A stretch of DNA of 64,000 nucleotides from the NCBI RefSeq assembly GCF_009914755.1, contig NC_060945.1. One strand, written 5' to 3'. The stretch is from the human T2T-CHM13v2.0 reference genome, Homo sapiens. The notes under the pieces were generated by a model. It searched no databases and was not told the DNA's origin. It saw only the letters and a program-made list of their open reading frames with translations. Below are positions 1 through 16,674 of this stretch, one piece after another; position 1 is the stretch's first letter, and each line of letters starts with the position of its first letter. Both the position numbers and the translations under genes were made by a program.

Positions 1-1060
<1,060 letters not shown>

Positions 1061-1129
1061 CTAAGTTTTCTTATCTTCAAAATGGCAATAATAATAATGA
1101 TAATACTTTGTAGAGCCGTTAAGTATTAG

Positions 1130-2548
1130 TGATGACAGCTGCAGCCAGTCTGGAGCAGGGTAGGCGCGGCCAGGGATACGCGCTCTGTGGAACCAGGGGG
1201 AGCTGGGAGCAGGCAGGAGCCCTTCCCGCTTCTGAGTTGGCAGGGCAGGAGCCCAGTGCTCCCAGGCATAACTGCAGCCTCCCAGCCACAGCTGCGGACC
1301 TGGGCATCCCTGCACTCTCAGGGGTCCCAGAGGCCCCCGCTTCCCCACAGGCTTGGAAGTGCCTGATCCCGCTGCCTGGCCTCTTCCTGCTCCCTGTGCC
1401 CGCTCTGATTCTGGAGCAAAATTGAAGCTGAGCCTGGGCGGTGTCGCAACCCGGCCAGGTGAGTGCTGCTCAGGATGGCGCTGACACACCAGCCCCCTGC
1501 CACCTCAGCCCCCCTCTATACTTTAGGAGCCACTCTGGACCACGAGGATGGGAGGGAGGCCGAGGAGGGGCTGAGGACGGCTGGTTGCAGGCCTGTAGGC
1601 ACCCCTCAGCACAAACAGCCTGGGCACCTTGGACAACATGACTGACAGCAGAAGGCAGACAGGCTCATAGGTAGAAAGGGGCGGGTCCCTGGTGACGCCC
1701 TGCCTTCAAGCCAAGACCAGCCCAAAACCTGGGGACCTGGCTGTCAGTTCCAGGTGAAGCCTGTGGCCCAGAGTGAGAACTTAGAGTGCTTTTTCTGGCC
1801 CGCCCATGGCTGCCCATGGACCAATCAGCACGCGCTTCCTCCCTTCTGAGCCCATGAAAACCTCAGACCCAGCCAGACTCACACAGAGGCTGGGACTACC
1901 AGCTGCAGAAAGGAGCTACCCACTTCAGGTCTCCTGAGAGCTGTTCTGCCACTCAGTGAAGTTCCTCTCTGCCTTGCTCACCCTCCACATACCTCATTCT
2001 TCCTGGATGCAGGACAATAACTCAGGACCCACCGAATGGCAGTACTAAAAGAGCTGTAAGACAAACCAGGGCTGAAACATGTCCCCGTACTCACTACATT
2101 GCAGGCAACAAGAAGGAGAGAAGAACTGTGGCCCTTTAAGAAGCCAAGATCTAGGGGCTCCCCAAGCCAAGGCTGTAAACACCCTCTTTGGGGCTCTGCG
2201 GTTCCCAGCGTCTCCATGCTTCCAGGTGCCACCATGTTCCCCTTGTCCAGACACAGGTGCCCACAGCAAAAGCCTCATTCAGTACACCTGGTCCAGCCAC
2301 AGCCTTGCATGGAGCCACCCACCCCCCGCCCCCGACCCTGCACTTCTCACCCACACACCCCTTGCCGCTCTGCACCCAGCTTGCCCCTGGTAGGTGTGCA
2401 ATCTGAGCTGGTAGAATGAGCTGAGTGCAGCCTGCCAGGCCAAGTGGGTGGAATAAGACCAGTGGGCACAAGCAATACTTAGGCAGAAGGCACCGCTAGC
2501 CACAGAGGTTTCTGTCTGGTGAAACGACACCCCAAGGATCCTGTGACA
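1130..2548 (+). mobile_element. Solo ERV1 LTR, MER52-like, inserted into a MIR
   Basis: Starts TGATGAC, ends ...CAAGGATCCTGTGACA; 4-bp TSD ttag (1126-1129 / 2549-2552); MIR-like sequence continues on both sides (~1030-1129 and ~2553-2607). Confidence 0.75.
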
Positions 2549-2929
2549 TTAGGGGTAACGTTTATAAAATACCTAGCAAGGGCTCAATAAATGGCTTATT
2601 ATTATCATAAGTGTCTACAGGGCTAAACGAAACATTACAAACCTTCAGGAGAGAACGTACTGTCTTAACACACTGCACTGCTCCAGGCCCATCTGCCTGA
2701 TGCTCTGCCCGCTCCAGGGCCCCCATCAGAAAGTCTCTCGCTATCCTATACTATCTGCACCTGCCTCCCCTTATTTTGGTTCACCCTGAATTCCAGTCAA
2801 TTACTTCTTGTTTACTTCCCCATTTTTCTTCTTCTCTCAATACAGCATCTTACAGATAATCTTCATGAAATGGGAATCCAGTAAACATGGCTAGCATCAG
2901 CAAAATCCCCACTGGATGATCTACATAGC

Positions 2930-3490
2930 AGGGAACAATGGCGGGTGAGGACCCACAAGTGAGGGGAAGGAAGCTGCAAGGGTACACTGGGGTCAGACCT
3001 CCAGGAGCCTCAGGGCATGGACTGCACCTGGAGGGATGACATCCACCAAAAGCTTATGCAACACTGTCCCAACTGGATGTGGGTCCAGAATGACTAACTC
3101 TGGCCATCAAGAGGAATGCCCAAAGAAGGGACATGAGACAGGGTATTTTCACAGCTCAGACAAAAGATAATGAACATGAGGATGGAATGAGGAGCAGTGG
3201 AGATGAAGGAGAGGAGCTAACAATTTAGGGAGTGCTGTTACAACTCATAACTTCACGGAAGCGAGGAGGAGGTGCGAGGAAAAGCCGGCTGGCGTGTTAA
3301 TTTGGGATTTTCTCTCTTTGAAGCAGAAGAATACAAACACAACTCATTTTGGACATGTGGCTGAGGTTGAAGTATTTTCAGAATACTCAAGGAAAGACGT
3401 TTAGGACGTAGGTGGTGATATACCCCAGCCACTCAGGTTGATTTAGGAAGCAAGAAATTGTAGGAATGGATGAGATGACCTGAGAGAGAG
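2930..3490 (+). mobile_element. Degenerate L2 LINE fragment
   Basis: Purine-rich, with L2-like motifs such as ttttggacatgtggctgaggttgaagt and atggatgagatgacctgagagagag. Confidence 0.5.
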
Positions 3491-3800
3491 TGCTGCTCAA
3501 TAAAAATATAACGTGAGCCACAAATACAAGCCACACACGTGGTTTTAACTTTCCTAGCAGTGACCAGGCGTGGTGGCTAACATCTCTAATCCAAGTATTT
3601 TGGGAGGCTGAGGAGGTAGGATCCCTGGAGCCCTGAGTTTGAGGCTTCAGTGAGCTATAATGACCACTGTACTCCAGCCTAGGTGACACAATAAGACCCT
3701 GTCTGAAAAATAATAACAATAAATTTTTCTAGCAGCCACATTAAAAACATAAAAAGAAACAGGTGAAAATAATTTTACTAATATATTTAACCCAAAATAT
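3490..3800. mobile_element. MER3/MER33-type hAT-Charlie DNA transposon fragment split by a FLAM-type Alu monomer
   Basis: aataaaaatataacgtgagccaca...tttctagcagccacattaaaaa..gaaacaggtgaaaataattttactaatatattt; the tctagcag target is repeated around the Alu monomer (~3560-3720). Confidence 0.6.
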
Positions 3801-3859
3801 CCAAAGAGAAAGGGAGCCACAAAGGCTAGGAAAGAGCACTCATAAAAAGACAAATTTGA

Positions 3860-6433
<2,574 letters not shown>

Positions 6434-8249
6434 TCAGGTGTGTCCTTATTTCAGCCCAAGTAGACTGAGGTATCCCTCAAAAGTAGACCCAAGCAGACTG
6501 AGATATCCACCAAATCATCAACCTGATCATATTTTAAATCTCAAAATAACAGTAGCCAACCACAAATAAATGGTCAAGCTTTCCACCTGTAGACCTTCAA
6601 CATCACAGCTTAAACCCAACAACTATTAAATTTACTATTTCAGGTCAAGCTGCTATGCTAAACAGTCTCATTTCCTAATAAGAAAAAGATACGAACTAGA
6701 ATAGGAACTGTGATTTAAAGGCTACGGGGATGCAGAGCATGGCCATCCCATCTAGTCTGGAAAACTAGGAAATGACGCAGCAATATCTAACCAAATCTGT
6801 AGGCAAAGCTTACTGTGCAGAGTGACAGAGCAGAGTTACAGAATCCATGAAAGCACCAGGCCACTCCTACTCCGGCCTGCACAGGTAGGCAAGGGCTGAA
6901 AATCACTAGTTATGGTTAGTGTAGTTAACAGAAGGCCAGCGGAGTCATGAAAATGTTCAAAAGTAAAACTGTCCAAGAAAATCAGACATTCCCATCTCCA
7001 TGTTTTTATATGTCCAAAATTTCTATTCTGACTTAAATCCTAAATGTAATTGATCCAATTTGGAAACTACTACAAAAAGCTCACCCCCCAATTTTTTGCC
7101 ATTTTATTGAGTTATCTTTCTCAATCAGGTTAATTCCCAACGCTCTAAGCCATACATTGTATGTAATGCATGAACTTCTTCCCCTTTTGTCTGGGTAGTG
7201 TCAGTTATGTGGAGGTGGTACTAGTTATTTGCATAACTAGTACCTTGGGAGACCTGAGAAAACAGTCATTCATATTCAGTGTGACATAATACATACATGG
7301 TACTAACAAGAAAGAGTATTTTTTATTTGCTAGTGGCACAATTTCAACCCATATCTAAGCACAGCCTCCAGGCAATGTTCAAACCTGAGATAAGATTCAA
7401 TTCCCCACAGGGGCTTTACGGTGTGACATATGCAGAAAACGTCATTTTAGTGCTAAAAGTGAGGCAATATTCCAGAAAACAGAGGAAAGGGACAAGAAAC
7501 AGATTAAAAGCAAAACACGTTTAAATATTAATGAGAACAATGCTACCGATGTCCATGAAATTTTGTGCAGTACTGCACTGTGAAGCTAAGCCCATTTCCA
7601 AAAACAGCTGAATGGAAAGATCTATTGTTCCCTTTACAGCAAGGCAGCAGACTTTTTACAGAGATTAATTGACTGGCCCAAGTCACAAGGTAGGTGACAG
7701 AGTGGGCTGAACACGTAACCACCATCCTAAGCACTGGGTCAAAAAAAACAAAGGCTGACTGTCAACTGAAATTTAAAAGACGCAAAGACCATCAGTCGGG
7801 TGCCCAACTTGGTGAATGATGCAACCAACTGACAGAAGATGGAGAGGGAAAAGGGCAGTTTTTGTAAATTTGGGGACATCTGACAAAAAGCTGATGACAC
7901 AGGTGGGAGTTTTTTGTTTGGGATTTTTTTTTTTTTTTCTGAAGACAGGGTCTTGCTTTGTCACCCAGACTGGAGTGCAATGGCTCAATCATAGCTCACT
8001 GTAGCTTCAAACTCCGGGGCTCAAGTGAACCTCCCGGGATCAAGTGACCCTCCCGCCTCACCCTCCAGAGTAGCTGGGACTACAGGCGCGTGCCACCACG
8101 CCGACCTAAGTGTTTTTTTTGTTTTGTTTTGTTTTTGGTAGAGAGGGGTCTAGCTATGTTGCCCAGGCTGGTCTCCATCTCCTGGGCTCAAAGCTGTCCT
8201 CCCTCCTAGGCCTCCCAGAGTGCAGTGATTACAGGCATAAGCCACCGCT

Positions 8250-9420
8250 CCCGGCCCGCCACAGCTGTCTCTCCTGGTTCACGGTCACCCAAACGCCGGC
8301 TCGAAGTGTGGGAGAGGAGGTTGGGGGCGACCCCAGGTGGGCACTGCTGGCGTCCGGCTGTCAATCCACAGCTCACGTCCTCACAGGTGCGCGCCTAGAG
8401 TCACGCGTCCAGCACCGCCCGGCTGGCCGGGAAGAGGCGACCGGGTCCGTGGTCCGAGTCCCGCACCTCCGGCCTCTCTCTGGGCCCCGGGGCAACAGCC
8501 CCTCCCGGGCCGCACAGGCCGCACTGAGGGCGCCACTCCGGGGCTCCTGAACTCCCGGGCTGCCGGCGGGGACGAGGCGCAGGGACGGGGGCACTTCCGG
8601 CTCGCGGGGCCCGGGTCGCCCGCCCGCCCGACCCGCCCACCTGGCTGTCGCTGACGCAGAAGACGCGGCCGCCACGGCTCAGGCACACGCGGGCGCCCGG
8701 GGGCTGCGCGGCCGCGCCGCAGAAGGTGAAGGAACAGCGCGAGGCACGCAGCCGCCGCACCGTGGCGCGCACGAGCTCAGCCGGCCGGCGACCCCAGCGC
8801 GCCCACAGGTACAGGTAGCACAGCGTGATGAGCATGGCCGCGCCGCCGGCAGGGCGAGCCCGCCTCGCCCGCCCGCCCCAGCGCCCCAGGCCCGGCCCCG
8901 CCCCGGCCGGAAGGGCCGCACCGCCCCCCCGGGCCAGGCGGCGCGGGGGTGGGGACGGCGGGGGAGGCGGGGACCCGGAAGGTGACGCGGGCAACTGGAG
9001 GCTGCGGCGGGAGGGGCGGGGGGGGGGTGAGGCCGCGCCCGGCTGTGTGATGGGGAGCTCCGGAGGCCGCGCCCAGGGCTGGTGGCGGCGGCGAGGGGCA
9101 GCGCTGGGGCGGGGGGTGTGCACCGGGGTCAGGGGACGCCGGGGCTGCACCCGGAGAGGGGGCTCGAGGGAGTGGAGGCCGGGGTGCGGGGCCGCGCCAG
9201 GGCTGAGGAGTGGGATGGGTATGTTGTGGATGCGGGGGAGGGGAGGCTCCAGTGGCTGCCCGACCTGTTTAAGCCAAGTCCGGCCTCCCTTCCTTGGAGG
9301 GGTGGGAGGCGGATTGAGGAGGGGGCTCTGCCTATGTTCATAGCTGCCAAGGTCAACCTTTAGTAACCAGCAGCACACCGGGAGTCCCAGAGCGCTCCAC
9401 AGCCGCTACCCAGTCGACTT
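8250..9420. promoter_or_regulatory. HLCS: CpG island / proximal HLCS promoter
   Basis: Very high GC and CpG density, multiple GGGCGG/CCGCCC GC boxes, ETS-type CCGGAA/TTCCGG sites (~8595, ~8907, ~8975); surrounds the HLCS start codon. Confidence 0.85.
8641..8835 (-). CDS. HLCS: Holocarboxylase synthetase (biotin-protein ligase), first coding exon of the long N-terminally extended isoform (65 codons, MLITLCYLYLWARWGRR...VFCVSDSQ)
   Basis: Minus-strand ATG at 8835 in gcggccATGc context inside a CpG island; 195 nt ending in a CAG|GTGGGC donor (GT at 8640-8639), phase 0; peptide recognised as the HLCS long-isoform N-terminus; joins in frame to the exon at 4358. Confidence 0.9.
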
Positions 9421-9764
9421 GGGAAAATAAGATAAGGCCGTTTTTATTAAATTATACTAAGCCTTCATGCAAAAGATTTTAAGGTCAATCACATACATTC
9501 ACGGGATGCAATAATGTTTTTTTAAATAAGGACAGGAAACAGAAATTGAAGACAGATAAGCACCAAGAAGGCTGCCTCTAAAAAGGCTGTGCCAGGAAGG
9601 CTCCCTATGGTGTTCTTGCTACATGTGGGTCAACAGTTTGACTGTAAGCATCCTAACACCAGTGGGAAAAGGAAAACATCACCATGATTTGGTGTTCTTG
9701 TCTCCAAGGGAAGCATAATTAGTCCTGACACAGAGGCTTCTCCCATAGAACCTCATTTCTTTAA

Positions 9765-10221
<457 letters not shown>

Positions 10222-11517
10222 TAGATTTTTTTTAAGAGACAAGGTCTCGTTCTGTCGCCCAGGCTGGAGTGCAGTGGCATAATCACAGCTCTCTGCAGCT
10301 TCGAACTCTGAGCTGAAGTGATCTTCCTGGCCACCATGCCCAGCTAATTTTTTAGAAATTATTTTTCATAGAGACAGGGTCTCGCTGTGTCACCCAGGCT
10401 GGTCTCAAACTCCTGGTCTCAAGCAGTCAAACTCCTGCCTGGATCTCCCAAAGTGCTGGGATTACAAGTTTGAGCCATGGCGCCTAGCCATAAAGATAGA
10501 TTTTTAAAGTACCTTGGCCATTTGTTCATGTGCTTTAATATAGCTGCATAGAATACCCACTCCCAGAACTTCAGACTTTTGGTTAGATAACATAGTATAT
10601 TTTCCCCCTTGCATATAGCGATAGATTTTTAAAAGAGAGAAAATCCAAAAAGAAATAACTGGGCTTAAAAGCAAGCATCTCTGTGGACCAGAAATAGAAG
10701 AAAAACAAAGTGATAAACAGGACTAAAGCCATATCCTACATTTCTCTACAGGACAGTGGCAGCTGGAAAGTGGGTTCCTGCATGGTAACAAGACCTTAAA
10801 ATTGTGTCACTGGAGAAGGACGTGCAGTTCCCGCTGAGGAGAGACTTGGCCACTCCAGGACAACACAGGACTACAAGTCAGGAATTTGAAGATGAAAAGT
10901 GCTCAACAGTGATAAATCCTAAATGTTTCACTGAACAACCTTTCAGATAGCCTTCTTGAAGTTTGCTGAATTATGGCTATAAGGACCACTCCCCACCCCT
11001 GCTAGGTATGGAGAGGTCATCTCCTCTATCTGAAGGTGACCAACATCTCCAGTTTTTCCAAATTCCCTAAGGGTTTTGAGACCACACCTTCCCACAGGTA
11101 CTGTAACTCCACCTGGCCAATAGGAATTTTCTAGGTTTACCCTTAGGTGTTTCGAGATATGGTCTCAGAATACATCATGGGAAAATTACATTTTGGGGTC
11201 AATCCTGTATACCAATTCTAGGTTAAAAGCATGGGGACCACCATGGTTCAACATGAGCTGACCCTTGCATTGAAGAGTACTGATACCATTCATGCCTGGG
11301 GAAGGAATAGAGGGAGGAAGATATGAAGGGCACAGTGAGAAGTGAAACAGTCACATAACAAGCTCTGTTTATGATCCCGCCCTAAAATGATTTCATTTTG
11401 CAAAGGTCAAGGATAGAGTTGAGTTTCATCACCCCTATATAACAAAGGAATAGGGGAAGGATGCAAAAATAATACACCAAGGGATATTAATGTGTATGCA
11501 CCTGATCCTCATCCTGT

Positions 11518-11685
11518 AGTCCCTCACTGCTCAAAGTGTGGTCCTTAGAGCAGCAGCAGCAGCATCACTTGGAAGCTCGCAAGAAAAGCGGAATCCTAGG
11601 CCCCACCCAACCCCAAATCAGCGTCTGCATTTTGACAAAATCCCAGGAGACTCACAAACACATTAAAGTTAGAGAAGCACTGCTA
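11518..11685. mobile_element. MER5A-type DNA transposon
   Basis: ctcaaagtgtggtcc..cagcagcatcacttggaagc..tctgcattttgacaaaatcccagg..cacattaaagttagagaagcactg. Confidence 0.7.
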
Positions 11686-11796
11686 ACATCTTCCTCTGTC
11701 ATTCCCTGGGTCTGGGCTACTCTAGACTCTAATAAGACATTTCCAAAATGATGTGGAAAATAAGACCACAGACTAGGGATTTTTTTTTTTTTTTAG

Positions 11797-12072
<276 letters not shown>

Positions 12073-13000
12073 TAGGGATTTAGAAGCAAGACTTTGTCAT
12101 TTATAAGAACACTGCAGAAAGGAACAAGAATGACCCAGCTAGCCACTGAAGACCACCTCTGAAACCCATCAACATGACCGGCTTTCTATAGGAAAAGTCT
12201 CCACAGACTCAAAAAGTCTCTAGTTTCTTGCCCTTAGGAAGGCATGCCCTGGGAATAATAGTTTGGGGACAAGAGAGAGTAGAGTGTTTACTGTCCTATC
12301 CCCCATTAAATACATGGCAGAACTTCCCCAGGGAAAGCCTATCATACTGACATTAACTCAGTACCTGTTTGAACTTGGAGAGCATTCAGAATTCTCATCA
12401 GTCAAATGGCCAGAGCTGAGAAGGATAGCTTGTTTTGTTTGTTTTTGAGACAGGGTCTTGCTATGTCACCCAGGCTGGAGGGCAGTGGTGCAATCCCGAC
12501 TCACTGCAGCCTCGACCTCGTGGGCTCAAGCAATCCTCCCTCCTCAGTTTCCCAAAGTGTTGGGATTACAGGCATGAGCCACCACACCTGGCTAATTTTT
12601 GTATTTTTTGTAGAGACAAGGTTTTACCCTGTTGCCCAGGCTGGTTTCCAACTCCTGAGCTCAAGCCATCTGCCCACCTTAGCCTCCCAAAGTTGTGGGA
12701 TTATAGGCACATGCCACCACACCTGGCTAATTTTTATATTTTTTTGTAGAGACAGGATTTTGCCATGTTGCCCAGGCTTGTCTCGAACTCCTGGATTCAA
12801 GCAATCTACCCGCCTCGGCCTCCCAAAGTACCGGGATTACAAGCGTGAGCCACTGTGCCCGGCCTGGGATACTTTCTAAGAACCAAGGAACTATGTAGAA
12901 AATCTTCGCCGGGCACAGTGGCTCACGCCTATAATCCCAGCACTTTGGGAGGCCAAGATGGGCAGATCACGAGGTCAGGAGATCGAGACCATCCTGGCTA

Positions 13001-13282
<282 letters not shown>

Positions 13283-13470
13283 TCAAGCAAAAAGTAATTT
13301 TATTTTGTTAATCAAAATAAAGAGAAAAGTAGACAATATTTAGAGCATCAAAAGAATTTAAATTAGAACATCTTGAACTATTGGAAATATGCATTTGAAC
13401 TCATGTCTTTAAGAGGAAAATAATTATCTTTCCTAGCTCTTTCACTGAGATGGCCTCAGAGTAGCCTTAC

Positions 13471-13531
13471 CCCAAGATGCACCTGAGTGCTCAGATTCTT
13501 GAATGGGTGCTCTTCTCCTCATTACAAGGAA
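13471..13531 (-). other. HLCS: Candidate non-coding HLCS 5'UTR cassette exon (61 nt) within an old L1 fragment
   Basis: Minus-strand acceptor tttctccaaggatttctAG (AG at 13533-13532) and donor GGG|GTAAGG (13470-13465), correctly oriented between the upstream CpG islands and exon 2. Confidence 0.45.
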
Positions 13532-13715
13532 CTAGAAATCCTTGGAGAAATCACTGATTCTGGTGTTCAAGAGATACCAGATAAGCTGGAACATCTTATG
13601 CTAGGAAGCAGGAGAAGCTTCAAAGAAAAATAGGTCCAGGCAGAAGGATGCAGGAGACAAGCTAGAAGTGCCAAATCAGGACGATTTGAGTATCAAATTG
13701 AAATACACCCAATTA

Positions 13716-14111
<396 letters not shown>

Positions 14112-15867
14112 TTACTGCTGAGTCTCGTTATTTGGTTATGTTTGTATTGATTCATTTGTTGTATTGATAAAGATTAGTAGGTGGCAAATTCTGCCTTTAG
14201 AAGGTTGTTTGTGACCCAAGAGGGCATCAATACAAAGACCCTAAAGCTGGGATTCCGAAGCACAGAGTCGCGGGAGAGAACCAAAGCTCATCGCATCTGG
14301 TTTAAGACTCCTTCAGAGTTGGATCAGCCTAAAAACAGGACATGGTACAAGATTTTATTCATTCCAAAGATTGTAAAAATTAAATTCATCCTGAGAATTT
14401 ATCAGTCTATGTGGGAGCTACAGACTTCTATGAGCAAGCAGAGGTAAGTAATGTTCTAACTTCAACTAAAAGAGGCTAAGAGATCATCTTCCTTCTTTTG
14501 AATTTAATTTTTTTATTATTATTTTAAAAGACAGGGTCTTGCCCTACCACCCAGGCTGCTCTTGAACCCCTAACCTCAAGCTGTCCTCCTGCCTCAGCCT
14601 CCCAAAGCATTGGGATTACAGGCATGTGTTGTGCCTGGCCTCACCCTCCTTGAGATTTCAGAATTGTTGACAGAATGACAATAAGTAGGATTCACTGTCT
14701 CCTTAAAGACTGAGGAAAGAAACCCAGTGAAACCTCTGATGGACAATGGCCTCAGTTAACTAGGACAGTAACTGTACAGTATCCATCTCCTAATCCAGTA
14801 AAACTGAGTTACATATAGAAAGGCTTGAAAGAAGCAAAGCCATAGATTTATATTTCTGTATTAATAAGGAATCTATGCATATTTTTGGTCTTATATATAC
14901 TTGAAGTGTGTTAGAGTATGTGGCTGTTTTAAGTACATTCTTATAACTAATTTGAAATGGGTACTTCTATATTGAAATCTTACTGAGTTTATGAATAGTA
15001 TTGAAACATCTAAGGGAATATTATTAGGTTTGCCATATTAATATACTGAATCTGCTAGATTGATAAGAATTATATAATCAGGCCACTGAAATGTATAAAA
15101 AGGAAATTTAATTTAAAAAGGACTTGGGGGCAGACACAGTGGCTCATGCCTGTAATCCCAACAGTTTGGGAGGCCAAAGTGGGAGGATCATTTGAGTCCA
15201 GAAGTTCATGACCAGCGTGGGCAACACAGGGAAACCCCATCTCTATGAAAAAAAAAAACAAAAACATTTTTTTAAATTAGCCAAGCATGGTGGTGCATGC
15301 CTGTGGTGACAGCTTCTCAGGAGGCTGAGGTAGGAGGATCACTTGAGCCCAGAAGGTCAAGGCTTCAGTGAGCTGTGATCGCACCACTGGTCTCCAGCCT
15401 CAGCGACAGAGAAAGATCCTGTCTTTTTTTTTTTTTTTTTTTTTTTTAGCAGCTCTGGAATGAGAATAGGTATTTGTAACACACATAACTGATAAAGGAT
15501 TCATATCTAGAATATACAAAGAACTCCAAATCAATGAGGAAAAGTCAGAAAACCAAAAAAGGAGGACAGCTAAAGCTGAAAAAGCACTTCAAAAACAGAC
15601 TGTACCCAGCTAGCTGTCTGATAAACATGAAAAAGTATGCAGTCTCAAAGTAGGTCCAAATTAAGACCTTCATGAGAATTGGTATACACCCATCGGTTTG
15701 GCAGAAATCCCCTTCTCAAGCCCTGGAATTCTGGGCTCTACCCCCATTGCTCAAAGATCTGACCATTTTCCATTTCCATCCCTTCCATCTTTCTGCAGTA
15801 CCTGGCATTCCTGACCATGCTATTTCTACCAATCAACAAAAACTACTAGATACTCAGAGGGGATTTA

Positions 15868-16422
<555 letters not shown>

Positions 16423-16674
16423 TCAGCAGGGGAAGAAGGTGGAAAAATACTGTAGCCGCTCCACACCTCCAGCCCAACGCCCCATGGCGGAACTTCACTA
16501 GAGGCCCCACGGCAGAAGAGCCTCCAGGAACCTCCTTGTGGACCAGAGGAGAGAGATAGAGAGGCGGCAGGAGGCAAGGGTGTGTCTAAGACAAACAGGC
16601 CACGGCCAGCCCCTGGCCTTCCTGAAACTCCTCCCTTGGGTTCTTTTAAAATTCAATATTCTGCTTCTGTTCCA

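Noticed and set aside
8016-8055. Small internal duplications within Alus (also ~28844-28879 and ~53260-53296)
   Set aside because: 16-19 bp slippage duplications inside neutral repeats; no evidence of function.
8836-9378. 181-codon in-frame open extension upstream of the HLCS ATG (325-aa ORF 8401-9378)
   Set aside because: Pro/Arg/Gly low-complexity translation of a GC-rich promoter where stops are rare; no upstream in-frame ATG, and the 3' part simply reads through the exon 1 donor into intron.
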